Assembly (NCBI GenBank): GCA_043228905.1
Contig: JBHGNT010000003.1
Span: 9,982,001-10,046,000 of the forward strand
Reading direction: 5' to 3'
Origin: Azolla caroliniana
Lineage: Eukaryota; Plantae; Polypodiophyta
DNA: 64,000 nucleotides
A model generated the notes under the pieces. That model ran no database searches. It saw nothing but the letters and a program-made list of their open reading frames with translations, and was not told the DNA's origin. Position numbers and translations under genes: made by a program. This document shows positions 26,865 to 39,213 of the stretch, in pieces. Numbering within the stretch: position 1 is the first letter of the stretch; the number at the start of each line of letters is the position of its first letter.

Positions 26865-29800
26865 ATGTCTAGCCAAATGGAAGGGGAAGAAGGGTGTTTA
26901 GAATTACCCCTCAATGATCATAAGGATAGGGATGATGTTATCAGGACACAACAAGCCATACGAAACTATTGGGCAGAAAAAAAAAGGAAACATCGTCAAT
27001 TGTTGAAGGATACGAAAGCCACACTCAGTAAAGGTAAGGATAGTTTAGCTGAGAATGTAAGTAATGCAACTACCATCATAGAGAGAAAGGTTGTAGACTA
27101 TTTCAATGTTCAAACCAAGCACATCAGCAATGAAGAAAAGAAGGTAGTACTTTATGGAATATGTAATGATCCATCGATAAAGGACTTAGTTGATTGTGAT
27201 GGTCTTAATGCAAACATATCATCTATTTTAGTAAATAATCTTCGTAATAGTTTCGTATCCATGAGCAGGTCAGAAGATGATCTTGTCTTAAAAAGGTCTA
27301 GTCTAATGATGTTACTTAATAGTGATGTTGACGATATAAACATCAGTGAGCTATCTAAGGTAATTGGTGTTAGTAGAAAAACAATGTACAATACAATGAA
27401 CCGTATAATTTCCTCGGGTGAAGGAACTAGTCTACTAAAGCTAACTACAAGATGTAAGCCAATGACACCCATAACATTTGAAATCAAGGATGTAATCACA
27501 ATGTTTTGGACTAATGAGAGTAGGGTTTCACCCAATAAAAAGGATTTATGCAGGAAACGTGTTGGAAGAAATCAATACGAGGAGCATCCCATTCATCTTC
27601 TTGATGTACCTCAGGTATTTACATTTATCTCAACATTTGTTTTGACTCTACTCGGAAAGTTAATTAGCTCAGTTAGCAGAAAAGCTAATTAGCTTATCAG
27701 TTACATTTACCTCAGTTAGCTACTAGGATCGCTACTACATAGGTAACTAGCTACTCTCAATAGTTACTACCATGATAGCTAATTAGCTATTCTCAATAGC
27801 TAATTTAGGTACTACCAGATAATTAGTTGTACTGCTAGCTAGTTAGCTATCATGGTAGCTAGTTAGCTATTTCGTTATTACCAGCTAATTAGCTACTAGG
27901 AAAGCTAATTAGCCACCATGATAGCTAATTAGCTACTATGATAGCTACTACATAGGTAACTGGCTACTCTCAATAGCTACTACCATGATAGCTAATTAGT
28001 TAGGATAGCTAATTAGCCACCATTATAGCTAATTAGCTACTAGACCAGCTAATTAGCTACCATGATAGCTAATTAGTTACTAGGACAGCTAATTAGCCAC
28101 CGTGATAGCTAATTAGCTACCATGATAGCTAATTAGCTACTAGAATAGCTAATTAGCTACCATGATAGCTAATTAGCTACTACGACAGCTAATTAGCTAC
28201 CATGATAGCTAATTAGCTACTAGGACAACCAATTAGCTACTAGGACAACTAATTAGCTACCATGATAGCTAATTAGCTACTAGAATAGCTAACTAGCTAC
28301 TAGAATAGCTAATTAGCTACTAGGATAGTTAGCTAGTTACGAGAATAACTAATTCCCCTTTATTACGCAGGTCGATTTATTTATTAGGTTCAAACGAATG
28401 CATCCAACTATCAAAGTTCAACTATGAACATTCGAGTCTCTTAAGCCACACTTTGTGAGACGCTTAAAGGATCGATACACATGTTGTTGCATTTACCATG
28501 TACAGATGGGTTTTCTGAAGGACTCTGTTAATCTACTACGTCACCATAGCGCATCCCTAACTAATACAGTTTGCACATGTGGGTGCCCAATCTGTCGATC
28601 AAGCCCGCAAGAGGAGTGTAAATCATCTGAGCACGTTATCTCTTCCATGAGTTATTTATTAGAATCAATATTGTGTCCGAGAGAATCTGACGCTATCTTC
28701 CATATTCATAAATGTGTCATGGGTTTATGTCAAGATTGTGGCCCTACTAGATTTAGGTGGTGTCCAAATGAATTGAGTAGTGAAATATTGATCTCTGTGA
28801 AGTTATTTGAGTCAGTGAACACCAATTTCGAAGGAAAGGTGTGTAAAAGAAAGGATCTAGTTCGGAAGATGCTTAAACCAAGGGATTTGGTGTCTCTGTT
28901 TGTAGTATCTCTAGGAAAGTTCATTAAACACAACTTCATTTATTCATGGCAGGCCCATCAGTTTAAGACTTGCATATCTGATTTCCCAAATGATGTAGTA
29001 GTCTCAGTAGTAGATTTCGCCGAGAATTATACTTTCAAGCAGCAGAATGAAATTCAATCTATGCATTGGTGTTCAGTTCAAGTAACCATTTTTGTGCACA
29101 TAACATATTTTCGAGTTTCAGGTGATGTTAAAAAAGTAATTCATTTCTTTATTTCCGATGATAAGAAGCATGATACCTTGTTCGTCCAACACTGTTTTAA
29201 GTTACATTGGCAGTGGTTATTAGCTCAACGTTTGGAGCTTACTCAACATTGGGTCTGGTCTGACGGAGCTGCGTCACAATTCAAGGCTCGACGTCCATTT
29301 TATTTTGTGGGGAGGTATCCTGCTATAACAGGTTTGGAGATGAGATGGAATTTTTTTGGGTCTGGCCATGGTAAAGGTGAACATGATGGTGCAGGGGCTG
29401 TTATAAAGCAGGCACTTACCCATGAACAACTAAAGACAGATGGTGTGCACATGAATTGTGCATCACATGTAGTTGAATTTTTAAGAACAAATATGTCGAC
29501 GAGTGCCACAGGTGTTTATTCCTCGCAAGTTCGAGATATCAAACGTGAATTTTGGGAAGTGAAGATAGATGAAGCAAATAGGGAGAAGACCTGGGAGTGC
29601 CAAGGAATTCCCGAATTGCGATCTCTGCATGTTGTTCGCGGTTATTCCAGGTTGGATGGTCATTGTATTGCGGTTAGAGAATTGACTTGTTTTTGCTTCC
29701 ATTGTGTGCAGGGAAATTGGAGATATTGTCTAAACAAAGCATACATTCAGAATTGGGAGTATCACACTCTGAATGATAAGGAAGCAGTTGATGGAGAAAC

Positions 29801-30195
29801 AGGGCAGAATGCTGACTTCACATATGAGGGACTTGGAGATACTTTGAGTGATGTCCTGAACGTTGGGGATAACTTCGCTGTAAATGCTGAAGAAGGCAAT
29901 TCAGAGGGTGCTGATTTCTATATATTAAAGTGCACGGTTAGTAAACAGTGTGCAAGGCAGAATATTGTAGATGCATGGGGAAATTTTGTATCTGTCGGGA
30001 CTTTTTTATGCAAAACTAGATGACTACGAATATGTGTACAGGCTGTTAGAAGACAAACCAGCGGCGTATATGTACTCTCATTTGGTCAGATGCATCAACG
30101 TCCCAATGTCAGAATACAATAGCTGCTCCGGTTTATACACTGTTGGTGCTAATGTGTATGAATGTATTTACAATAGTATGCCATGGAATTTGTAG
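26865..30195 (+). pseudogene. Sola2-like DDD transposase gene, 2 exons, lightly damaged
   Basis: Exon 1 26865-27614 (CAG|GTATTT), intron 27615-28370 (...TACGCAG), exon 2 in frame from 28371. Motifs DFAENY, WSDGAASQFK, GHGKGEHDGAG, Cys clusters (CCCIYH, CFCFHC) and an HTH-like segment. One in-frame TGA at 28425-28427 (likely CGA>TGA) and a frameshift near 30005. The Sola2 assignment is from recalled motifs. Confidence 0.75.
27660..28350. repeat. Array of palindromic AGCTAATTAGCT motifs (~19-20 bp period) filling the transposase intron
   Basis: Repeated ATAGCTAATTAGCTAC(CATG/TAGG/TAGA) units; further copies at ~25533-25570, 30377-30408 and 32353-32428. Confidence 0.95.
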
Positions 30196-30524
30196 CTACA
30201 AGTAGCACTTACCATGTTCTCTTGTAAAACAAACATGTATTTCGCGAAAACAGATCAATAAATTCGTTTGGAATCAATTTCTTGTATACAGTCTGCTTTC
30301 TGTGCTTCTTTCTCAATAAAATCATGTCTTTTTTGTTAAGTTTTAAGTTATAAGTTATAGCGAAATAGTCATCAGTAGCTAATTAGCTGTACAAATGCAG
30401 CTAATTAGTCATCAATAGAATGAAATCAACAATCTGCAACATATTCCTCAAATTACACAGTAGATAAGTACAGTGGGAACAAGTAATTAAATTCTTCATT
30501 GAATAATGTCATCTCTTTACATAT

Positions 30525-31540
30525 TTATAAATTACCATTGGAAATGTCTACAAATCTCCTATAAACAGCTAAGCTCTTGCTAGTCAGTGGAACGAGTCTA
30601 CATATATTATCCGCATATTGAGCTCGGTATGGAGTCCACAACCATGCACCTAGTTGGCAGCTCACTGTTTGCACCAGGTACTGTTCAGGCATTTCCTCGG
30701 GTAGAATGAGACAGCATCTCCGAATATTGAAGTAGTGTCGGAAATGTTCTGTATCCAAAATCAATGTATTGCCAGCATTATATTCAGGCCAAGTAGCCCA
30801 AAAATCAGAAAGTCTCTTGAATCTTGCAGCTTCCATCTGCTCACAATTTTCTCGTGCCCATTGACCTTTAAAACGACTTCGCCATTTTGGGAAGAATCTT
30901 GCCAAACACTTCCACACATCTGATTTTGGTTTTTCACTCCAAATAAACAAATCAAAGTACTCCACAGCCCACTCTAGAAACTGATTTGCGTCCCTCCTTG
31001 GCTGCATATATCTCACACTCATCAAGACTTTATCCAGCTCCAAGATCAAGGCTCTTCTTTCGACTTCTAGTGGTTTAGGTTTCCATTCCTGAAACTGAGC
31101 CGCTGTTACACCATTTTCTGGTAGGATACGATCAATCTCAATCAGCTCAGGTTCGGCTGACACAACTGGTGTCCTTTTCCTCTTTAAACCCCTAGTCGAC
31201 TGTGTTGGGCCTAGCTTCACATTCTGGTGCTCTTGTTTTGTCGACTTAGTTATCAATCCTTGGATTACCTCAGTGCATGTAGCTACTGTTCTGCTCGATA
31301 TCAGTCCACTGGTATCACATGCTGCATCTACCTGCAACACCAAGTCATCCGTGCTACATGCTGCATCTACCTGCAACACCAAGTCATCCGTGCTACATGC
31401 TTGATCAACTTGTGTGACCAGATCACTTGTGTCAGTTGCTACATCTACTTTCAAGATGGGGCCCTTTAAACGTGCCGCAACATCAACAGTATCCACACTG
31501 CCATTGGCCTTACGAGCAATAGAATCAAACCCTTTAGACT
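30525..31540 (-). CDS. C-terminal exon of an accessory gene with an FCP1/NIF-like (HAD-fold) domain and degenerate catalytic motifs
   Basis: Open frame 30525-31619 with a probable acceptor TTGCAG near 31541. ALILELDKVL (cf. LVLDLDETL), FLEWAVEYFDLFIWS, FKRLSDFW (cf. KDL), NTLILDT (cf. NTLLIDD); 13-aa repeats; KRKR NLS-like motif. Confidence 0.6.
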
Positions 31541-31789
31541 CTGCAACATCAGAAAACACCAACATATTCACACTCACAAAGTAACTAATAGTCTCACAAA
31601 ACAATATCCTGAACATCAAAGAGTTTCAGTCATAGAACAACACTCTTCAAATTATCTTGGAAAAACATCATAGAGTTCCATTACATAATGTGGATCAAGC
31701 AACAACCAATCTGAGGTTTTACTTGTCCAACAGGATAGTAAAACTTCATAAAACCCTAGCAAAATCCCTAAGCTAACAATCATATCCAA

Positions 31790-32325
31790 CTAAACAGTAT
31801 TTCGCTCCACTACATCTGGGCCCCTTGACCGAGTAACTGGTCTTGTTCCCGATCGTGGCCCCTTCTTCAGCCTTTTTCTGGTTGGTTCCCCATTTAGCCT
31901 TGCTTCTAGGACCCAATGCGCAAGTGTGTCCTCCTCCGACAACCTTCCCATCGCCTCAGCAGCTAATTGCACATCAGCCGTTTCTTGAACTAGCTTTTCA
32001 AGTACAGAGGGATCTGTTTGGACATTTTCAGTAGTTGGGCTCGGTGGGGTGGAATCAAGGTCTTGAGACTCGAAGAAATGTTGCATCAAGTGTTCATAAA
32101 CACTGTTGTTGTGAACCTCAGTTTTACATGTTGTTTCCACTATTTCATGGCATTTCACATCGTTGCCTAATTCAGTACACTGTTCCAAAAGAATAGGGTG
32201 CAGCTGATCTGAAGGAGATGTGATAGCAGGACTCTTACTTTCAGCCACATTGGCAGTAGTATCCTCATCTGTTGCAGCATCATCAGCACCAGACACATCA
32301 TGTGCCGTCCTTAATCCACAAGATT
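31790..32325 (-). CDS. Upstream acidic/low-complexity exon, probably of the same accessory gene (5'-truncated)
   Basis: Open frame preceded by acceptor TTATTGTAG (~32326-32334), with AGCTAATTAGCT repeats upstream; RKRLKK NLS-like motif. The splice join to the FCP1-like exon is not resolved. Confidence 0.45.
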
Positions 32326-33826
32326 CTACAATAACATGACAGTTATTTAGGATAGCTAATTAGCTACTTTACTAAACTATGGTAGAAGCTAGGATAGCTA
32401 ATTAGCTAGTACGATAGCTAATTAGCTACCAAGACGCCGAAGAAGGCATGGGAAAATCTACGAAAGATTTTCGCGGTGAACACAACTGCAAGAAGGCTTC
32501 AACTCCGCCAAGAGTTGAACAACATTCAACAAAGGGACATGTCCATCACAACATACACCTTGAATATCAAGGAGCTTTGCAACTCGCTCGGCTTGATAAG
32601 CGTAAATATCGAGGATGATGAGATGGTGCAAATATGCCTCGGCGGCCTCGCACCACGGTTCAGCGCGACGCGAACCACCGTTCTAACAAGGGATAAATCT
32701 CCCTCCTTCTTCAAGCTCCAATCAATGCTATTGGTCGAAGAAAACCACGTGCATACAAGGAGCAATGAGTCGGAAGGCCACATGCTCTACACGCACTCGA
32801 ACGGAGGAAGAGGATGCGGATGAGCGAGAGGCCGATTCGGCCAAGGACAAGGCGGATGAGGTCCGAGCTACAACAACAACTCCCAATTTCGGCCGCAAAA
32901 CGGAAGCCAATGAGGAACCTTCGCAAGAAGGGGGAGCTTCCACTCCGGCCCGAGCCGTCAAAACGCAACCGAATGCGGATATTGCGGAAAGCTCGGCCAC
33001 CACGAAGAAGAGTGCCGAAAGAAGATGCGCGAATCGGCTTCCACAAGCCGACAACTCATGAATTACGCGCACAATTCCGACTAGGAAGAGTATAGCGGAA
33101 TGTACGAGCACAACTCCGACTACGAAGATCGTGGCGGAATGTTCATGATGAAACATAGAACAAACTCTATGTCGGCCTCTACCTCAACTAGTGCCCTCAA
33201 TCCGGAGGACGTATGGTTTGTTGACTCCGGAGCCTCAAACCATATGACATCTCATAAAGAATGGTTTCTCGAACTTCGAGAGCCGGAGCGACCCGGTTAT
33301 GTCGAAACCGGAGATGACACTACGCACCCAATTTAGCACATCGACAATGTTCCATTTGGCGAAAGAGGTAAGCAAACATACATTAAAAATGTCTTGCATG
33401 TTTGCACCATCACGAAGAACTTGGTGTCAGTTGGCCAAATGGTTGAGCAAGGGATGCAAGTACGATTCGACCAAGAAGAGTGCTTCATCGAAAAAGAGGG
33501 CCGAATCATCGCGCACGGAAGAAGAGAGGGCCAGATGTTCATTCTCGATTCACACGAGATGAAATCCGCCATGTTCACAAAAGGCATGAAAGCCGACTCC
33601 GACATAGAGCTATGGCACAAGCGAATCGGCCACATCAATCTTAACAAACTCAAAACAATGAAATCGAAAGGAGTCGTCATCGGACTCCCGACATTCAAAG
33701 AGAAGGAGATTGAAGGTGTATGCGAAGTGTGCCAATTCGGCAAGCAACACCGACACCCATTCCCGAAAGAGCGGAACGTGAGCAAAGGTCTACTCGACGT
33801 AGTCCATTCCAACGTATGGGGATCGG

Positions 33827-34259
33827 TGTCATGATATGGCAAGACTCGAACCCATGACCTTATTGCTACATGGGTCGAGCTCTTGACCATTAGACCATAC
33901 ATTGTAATACGTACAATATTATTTTCATTTATGTTTTATTATAGAGAATTGATGTATATTCCAGATTTCTCTGGAACATTCTAGAAACTTCAAGAGTACT
34001 CCTGAAAACACTATAAAAGGAGGCACAAGGCATTATTTCGAACCAAATCGGTTCAACGCCAATCTTAAGCCTCCTAGCTACTATTGTATACTCTCTTCAC
34101 ATAATATATATCTTTTATCATCTTTCTCTCACCCTTTCTCTCTCTCTATCTCTCTCTCTTGCTCACTCTTTCCTTCTCTCGAGAGTTCTACACCTCTCTT
34201 AGTACTAATCCTCATCTTTTAGTACTAATTCCTTCTCTGTCTTAGTATTGATGCTGACA
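33827..34259 (+). mobile_element. Solo LTR related to the Gypsy at 46591-52237, inserted in Copia A integrase
   Basis: TGTCA...TGACA termini; TSD ATCGG/ACCGG; removing it restores VWGPAQTAT; colinear with the Gypsy LTRs. Confidence 0.9.
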
Positions 34260-37200
34260 ACCGGCGCAGACGGCTACATTCAGCGGATGCCGATATTACG
34301 TGCTCTTCATCGACGACTTCTCAAGGCACACGTGGCTCTATCCGATGCGGCAAAAGAGCGAAGTGTTCGGACACTTCCAAAGGTTTAAAAACGAAGTAAA
34401 AAAAGCCACTAGTCGTCATGTACGATGCCTTCGATCAGATGGCGGCAAGGAGTACTTCTCGGACGATTTCATGGCGTATCTACGAAAGGAAGGAATTCGG
34501 CGAGAATTCCCTTGTCGACACACTCCGCAACAAAATGGAGTAGCCGAGTGCAAAAATCGGCACATCCTCGAAGTAGCGCGGGCCATGATGAACGAGAAGC
34601 ATATGCCCAAGTCATATTGGGCTGAAGCTACAAATACGATCGTCTACCTAATGAACCGGTGCACAACATCCGGAGTGCACGAGGTCACTCCGCACGAAAA
34701 ATACTTCAGAAAGAAGCCGAACTTATCGCACACTCAGTTATACGTGCACATCCCCAGCGAGAAGCATCACAAGCTTGACCCGAAGTCGGAGAAATGTATC
34801 CTCGTAGGATACTCACTGGAGCAAAAGGGGTACAAGTGCTACAACCCCTCAACTCGAAAATCTTGAGTAAGTCGGGATGTCGTTTTTGACGAGTCCGCAT
34901 CCTGGTACGCACCAGAGACAACTTCGACTCTGATTCCGCTCAACCCGGAATCCGCCGAACAAGAGATAGAGGATGAAGATCGCCTTACGCGCATGTTCGA
35001 AGAAAGTCCGATCACAACCCGACTGAGCGGACCACAAGAGCCTTTGAGCGATCAAAGCACATCATGGCTTAGCCCGAAGATGGACAAAGGCAAGGCGAAA
35101 ATGATAGAATACAAAGATGATCGCTTTGACGACGATGAGTCGACTCACTCACTCGACAGTGAGTTCGACGACTTTGATGTACCAATCGGAGCTAAGAAAG
35201 CCCTCATCTCTACAAATGAAAAGCTCCGTCGCTCCACCCGTGAAAAGAATCGGGTCAGCTGATTTGGTTACAACGACTACATGGCATATCATTATGCCTT
35301 TATGATGAAGGTGGCGATAGTATGCGAGTCGGAAACATTTTCCGAAGCAGCCAAGGATCCGCAATGGATCGAAGCCATGAACGAGGAGATGCAGGCACTA
35401 CGCAAGAACGAGACATGGAATCTTGTTCCCACCTCACCACACAAAAAGGCAATCGGATGCAGATGGATTTACAAAGTGAAGTACAACGCCGACAGTTCCG
35501 TCAACCCACTACAACGTGCGCCTCGTAGCGAAAGGCTACGCCCAAACACACATAGTTGACTACGAGGAGACCTTTGCCCCGATGGCAAAGATGACGATAG
35601 TACAGACCGTATTTGCGCTTGCCGCGGCGAAAGGGTGGCACCTCCATCAAATGGATGTCAAGAATGCCTTCCTACAAGGAAAATTAGAAGAGGAGGTGTA
35701 CATGATACAACCACCCGGCTTCAACTCGAGCAACCATTCGAAAGCTGTATGCCGACTCAAGAAGCCACTCTACGGCCTCAACCAAGCACTGCGTGCTTGG
35801 CATTCGAAGATAACCCAATATCTTCATCAAATCGGCTTCCGTATGTCAAAATTGGACAACTCCCTCTACACACGAAGCGATTCCACAAGTCCGATAGTCA
35901 TCATCTTATATGTGGATGACGTAGTCATTGGAGGCGAGCATCTCGTCGAAATCAATAAGGTCAAATCCCTCCTTTCCGACAAGTTCGAGATGACGGACAT
36001 GAAGGAGCTCCACTACTTCCTCGACATTGAGGTAATTTGGACTCCGGCCGGAATCATGACCTCTCAACAACACTACATCCTCAACTTCTTATACAAGTTC
36101 GGGATGGCTGAGTGCAAATCCGCGGCAACCCCGCTCGATCGCAATCTCAAACTAGATGCAAACTCCGGCACCCAAAGCGTGTGAGCCGACTCAGTATCGG
36201 CACCTCATCGGGAGTCTCATTTACCTTACAATCACTCGACCCGATCTTAGTTATCCGGTCGGTCTCCTTAGTCAATTCATGCAAACACTGCGTGATACTC
36301 ACTTGGATTGCGCTAAGTGACTTCTACGATACGTGAGTGGCACAATGGATTGCGGCATCCTCTACAAGACTGTGATACCAATACGACTCGAGGGGTACAC
36401 ATACGCCGATTGGGCCGGCTACAAAGTTGATAGAAGATCAACCTCCGGATTTGTTTTTCCCCTTGGCAGTGGAGCAATATCCTGGACCAGCAAAAAGCAA
36501 CCAACCGTCGCTCTTTCGAGCATAGAGGCGTAATACAGGGGTGCGGCAGTGGCCGCATGTGAAGCCGTATGGCTCAAAAGGATACTCAAGGATTTGGGCG
36601 TACCCATCAAGGATCCGACTTCCCTTTACTGCGACAAAATGAGCAGTATCTATCTGGCTCGAAACCCGGTGTTCCACGCGCGGACAAAGCACATCGAAGT
36701 GCACTATCACTTCTTCCGAGAGTGCGTTCTACCTGGCGATGTCGACCAACAACATATTAGTAGGTCAATCTTCAAACGGCCGACGTCTTCACTAAAGCCT
36801 TAGGAGCCGACAAGCTATGGCAATTCATGACCGATCTCGGATTGACGATCCCTGACCTGCCAAGCTTGAGGGGGAGTACTGAAGACACTACGCAATAACG
36901 CGTTGATTCCGCAACCGCGCAACGAAGCTGCCAAGAGCTGATCTACCGCGCAAAGCCGCGAAGAAAGACGCAAGCTGAAGCACAGACTTCGCAACTACGC
37001 ACAACGCAAGCTGGAGCATGGATTCCGCAACTCCACATAAATGCGAGTCGACGCGAACTCCGGAACACAAGTCGAAGCGGATTTCGGATACTGTCTGAAA
37101 CCGACCCGACTTGAGCTTGAGGGGGCGTGTTGAGAATCAAGCTCAACTTGGTCTAGTGTGTGAACTCACCTGGAGAGTGAATAGACACTCCAACGGTCAA

Positions 37201-37814
37201 GAGTCACCATTATGTCACCACTTTGTATTCTAGTATTTAGTATGAGTCATAGAATCATATTCTATGATACATAACTTATGAGCTTTCACATTCCCCATGC
37301 TCCATGAGTCTTGTTGTTAATGAAGAGAGAGGGTGACTATATAAAGCACCGTCCTCCCACCTTGTATAATGTTGTGTCTTTCTCCTTTGTTTATATATAT
37401 TACCTTGCGTATTCTCTGTGTCTTACTCCTTCTCTCTCTCTCTCTCTCTCTCTCTCATACACACACACAATTCATATCTATTCCGCTACAGAAAATCCAT
37501 CTCTTGATTCTTTACAGCTATCATAGAGTCAGACTCCTGGTGATAGAGGCAGTCAAAGTTGCAATTCCCTCACTAGGAAGGCCTTTGTATCCATGTTATG
37601 TATGTATGTATGTTATGTCAATGTGTATGTATGTGTATGTATGTATGTTACGTATGTGTGTGTGTGATGCACGTGTCTATCTGCTACCAAATCAGAAATA
37701 GGGTTGGCGAGGGAATCGCTGCCACGAGTGGTGTAGGTCGCTCAGTTGATGGCGTGTGCGATCTGCATCGTTCGATTAGGATAAGAAAAAACCCATGAAA
37801 AAAAAAGTTCTCAA

Positions 37815-37965
37815 AGGTCGCCAACCTTGACACATCAGTCGCCCAACCGCATCCGGTCATCCAACCATTACAGGTCGCCCAGACTGTTGTAGGTCGCCCA
37901 ACCATTGCAGGTTGCCCAACCTGACAGTTGCAGGTCGCCCAACCATTGCAAATCGCCCAACCAAA
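37815..37965. repeat. Short dispersed repeats GGTCGCCCAACC, possibly subterminal repeats of the MULE
   Basis: Six to seven imperfect copies; the link to the MULE is inference. Confidence 0.5.
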
Positions 37966-38444
37966 TATATCATTTCCACCAAAATATTCTATTCACTCCG
38001 AACTTGAAACTTAAGACTTAAGATAACAAATCAAATAGCCAAAAACAAATATAATCATTGCCAAACATAAAACTTAACTTCAAGAAATATACAAACTTAG
38101 ACCTAACAAAAAAAAAACTTACAACATAAAACTTAAAACTTACAATGTAAATCAACTTAAAACATATATTCGTTTTATAAACCTAAATATATTTGTCCTA
38201 AAACAAAATGCTTTGAATGGTCAATCAAAATTGAATAAAGTAAAGTTCCTAAACAACCACTAAAGCTATGTTTATGGCTCATTTGGGGATGTTGGCAAAA
38301 AGTGACCACAATTCTTGCAACAATTAGCGTTCAAGTCCCCTGATGTAAGGTCAAGGCATCAAAATGCAAGCATCGAATCTTCTCTATTGCACATATTGAC
38401 AATCACCTCCTAACTCGACTTGCACCTCTTTGCATTTTTCCGGT

Positions 38445-39213
38445 TTCGTGAAGAATTTCAGCCAGAGGCGAAAACCGGGAAATATTGGCTACATCGGCGG
38501 GGTGCAACATGTGCGCCCGCCCTTGTACATTTAGTGTGAATAACGAGAGCGCCATAAAGGCGCCGAAGAGTAATCAAGTCGGGACAAGAATCCCATGTAA
38601 TAAGGGATTTATCCCACGATGCTACGGATCCCTCTCCTTGTTCTATAAAAGGAAGGGAGTGCCCTTGGTGAAGGGGTTGCCCATTTTTGCATTCGTAGGG
38701 TATACCGTTAGAAGAAGGAACGTTCTCTCTTCCTCTTTCTTTCTCTCTTGTTTTAGGGTTTCTTCTTGTTCTCCTCTGCTTCTTCTTCGTCGTTCTGTGT
38801 GTTGAACCTTGGCATCTAGTGTTTGTTTTCTGCCCTGTTCTCTGTGCAAGACCCCGCTCGGCGCGACAAGCTCGAGAGCTCCCCGACCGGCGTCTTGGCA
38901 GTAGACAATAGTTGTATCCTATGCTACCTAGGTCTGGCTTGAAGTCGGTGTTGAATCTCGTTGTCTTGTAAATACATATACATTTGGTTGTGCATATTCG
39001 TGTCTCTGGTGCTGTGTGCGTGTGTGAGAGTCAATGTTGCGTGCCTGTTCTCTCTCTCTCTCTCTCTCTCTCTCCCCCTTCGGTTGCTTCTGGTGTGCTT
39101 CTAGGATGCCCCAGAAATGGTGAAGCACGACTTCCTACGCTCCGTCACTCCCTAGTCCAAGACCCCCGTGGTCCCGCCTGGAATTCTACACGTACCCGCG
39201 AAACTTTGCGACA
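38445..39213 (+). mobile_element. Solo LTR in the MULE 3' region
   Basis: TSD CCGGT at 38440-38444 and 39214-39218; ends ...TTTGCGACA with a degenerate T(G)TCGTGAAG start; TATAAAA at ~38644. Confidence 0.7.

Larger units (their letters stand above)
24003..37516 (+). mobile_element. Copia LTR retrotransposon copy A (defective, carrying nested inserts)
   Basis: LTRs 24003-24383 and 37128-37516 (TG...CA); TSD GCTAT both sides; PBS TGGTATCAGAG (tRNA-iMet) at 24384; PPT TTGAGGGGGCG. Gag from 24549 resumes at 32429; Zn knuckle CGYCGKLGHHEEEC; protease WFVDSGAS; integrase 34300-34866; RT (HQMDVKNAFL, YVDD) and RNase H to ~36890; many stops and frameshifts. Confidence 0.95.
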
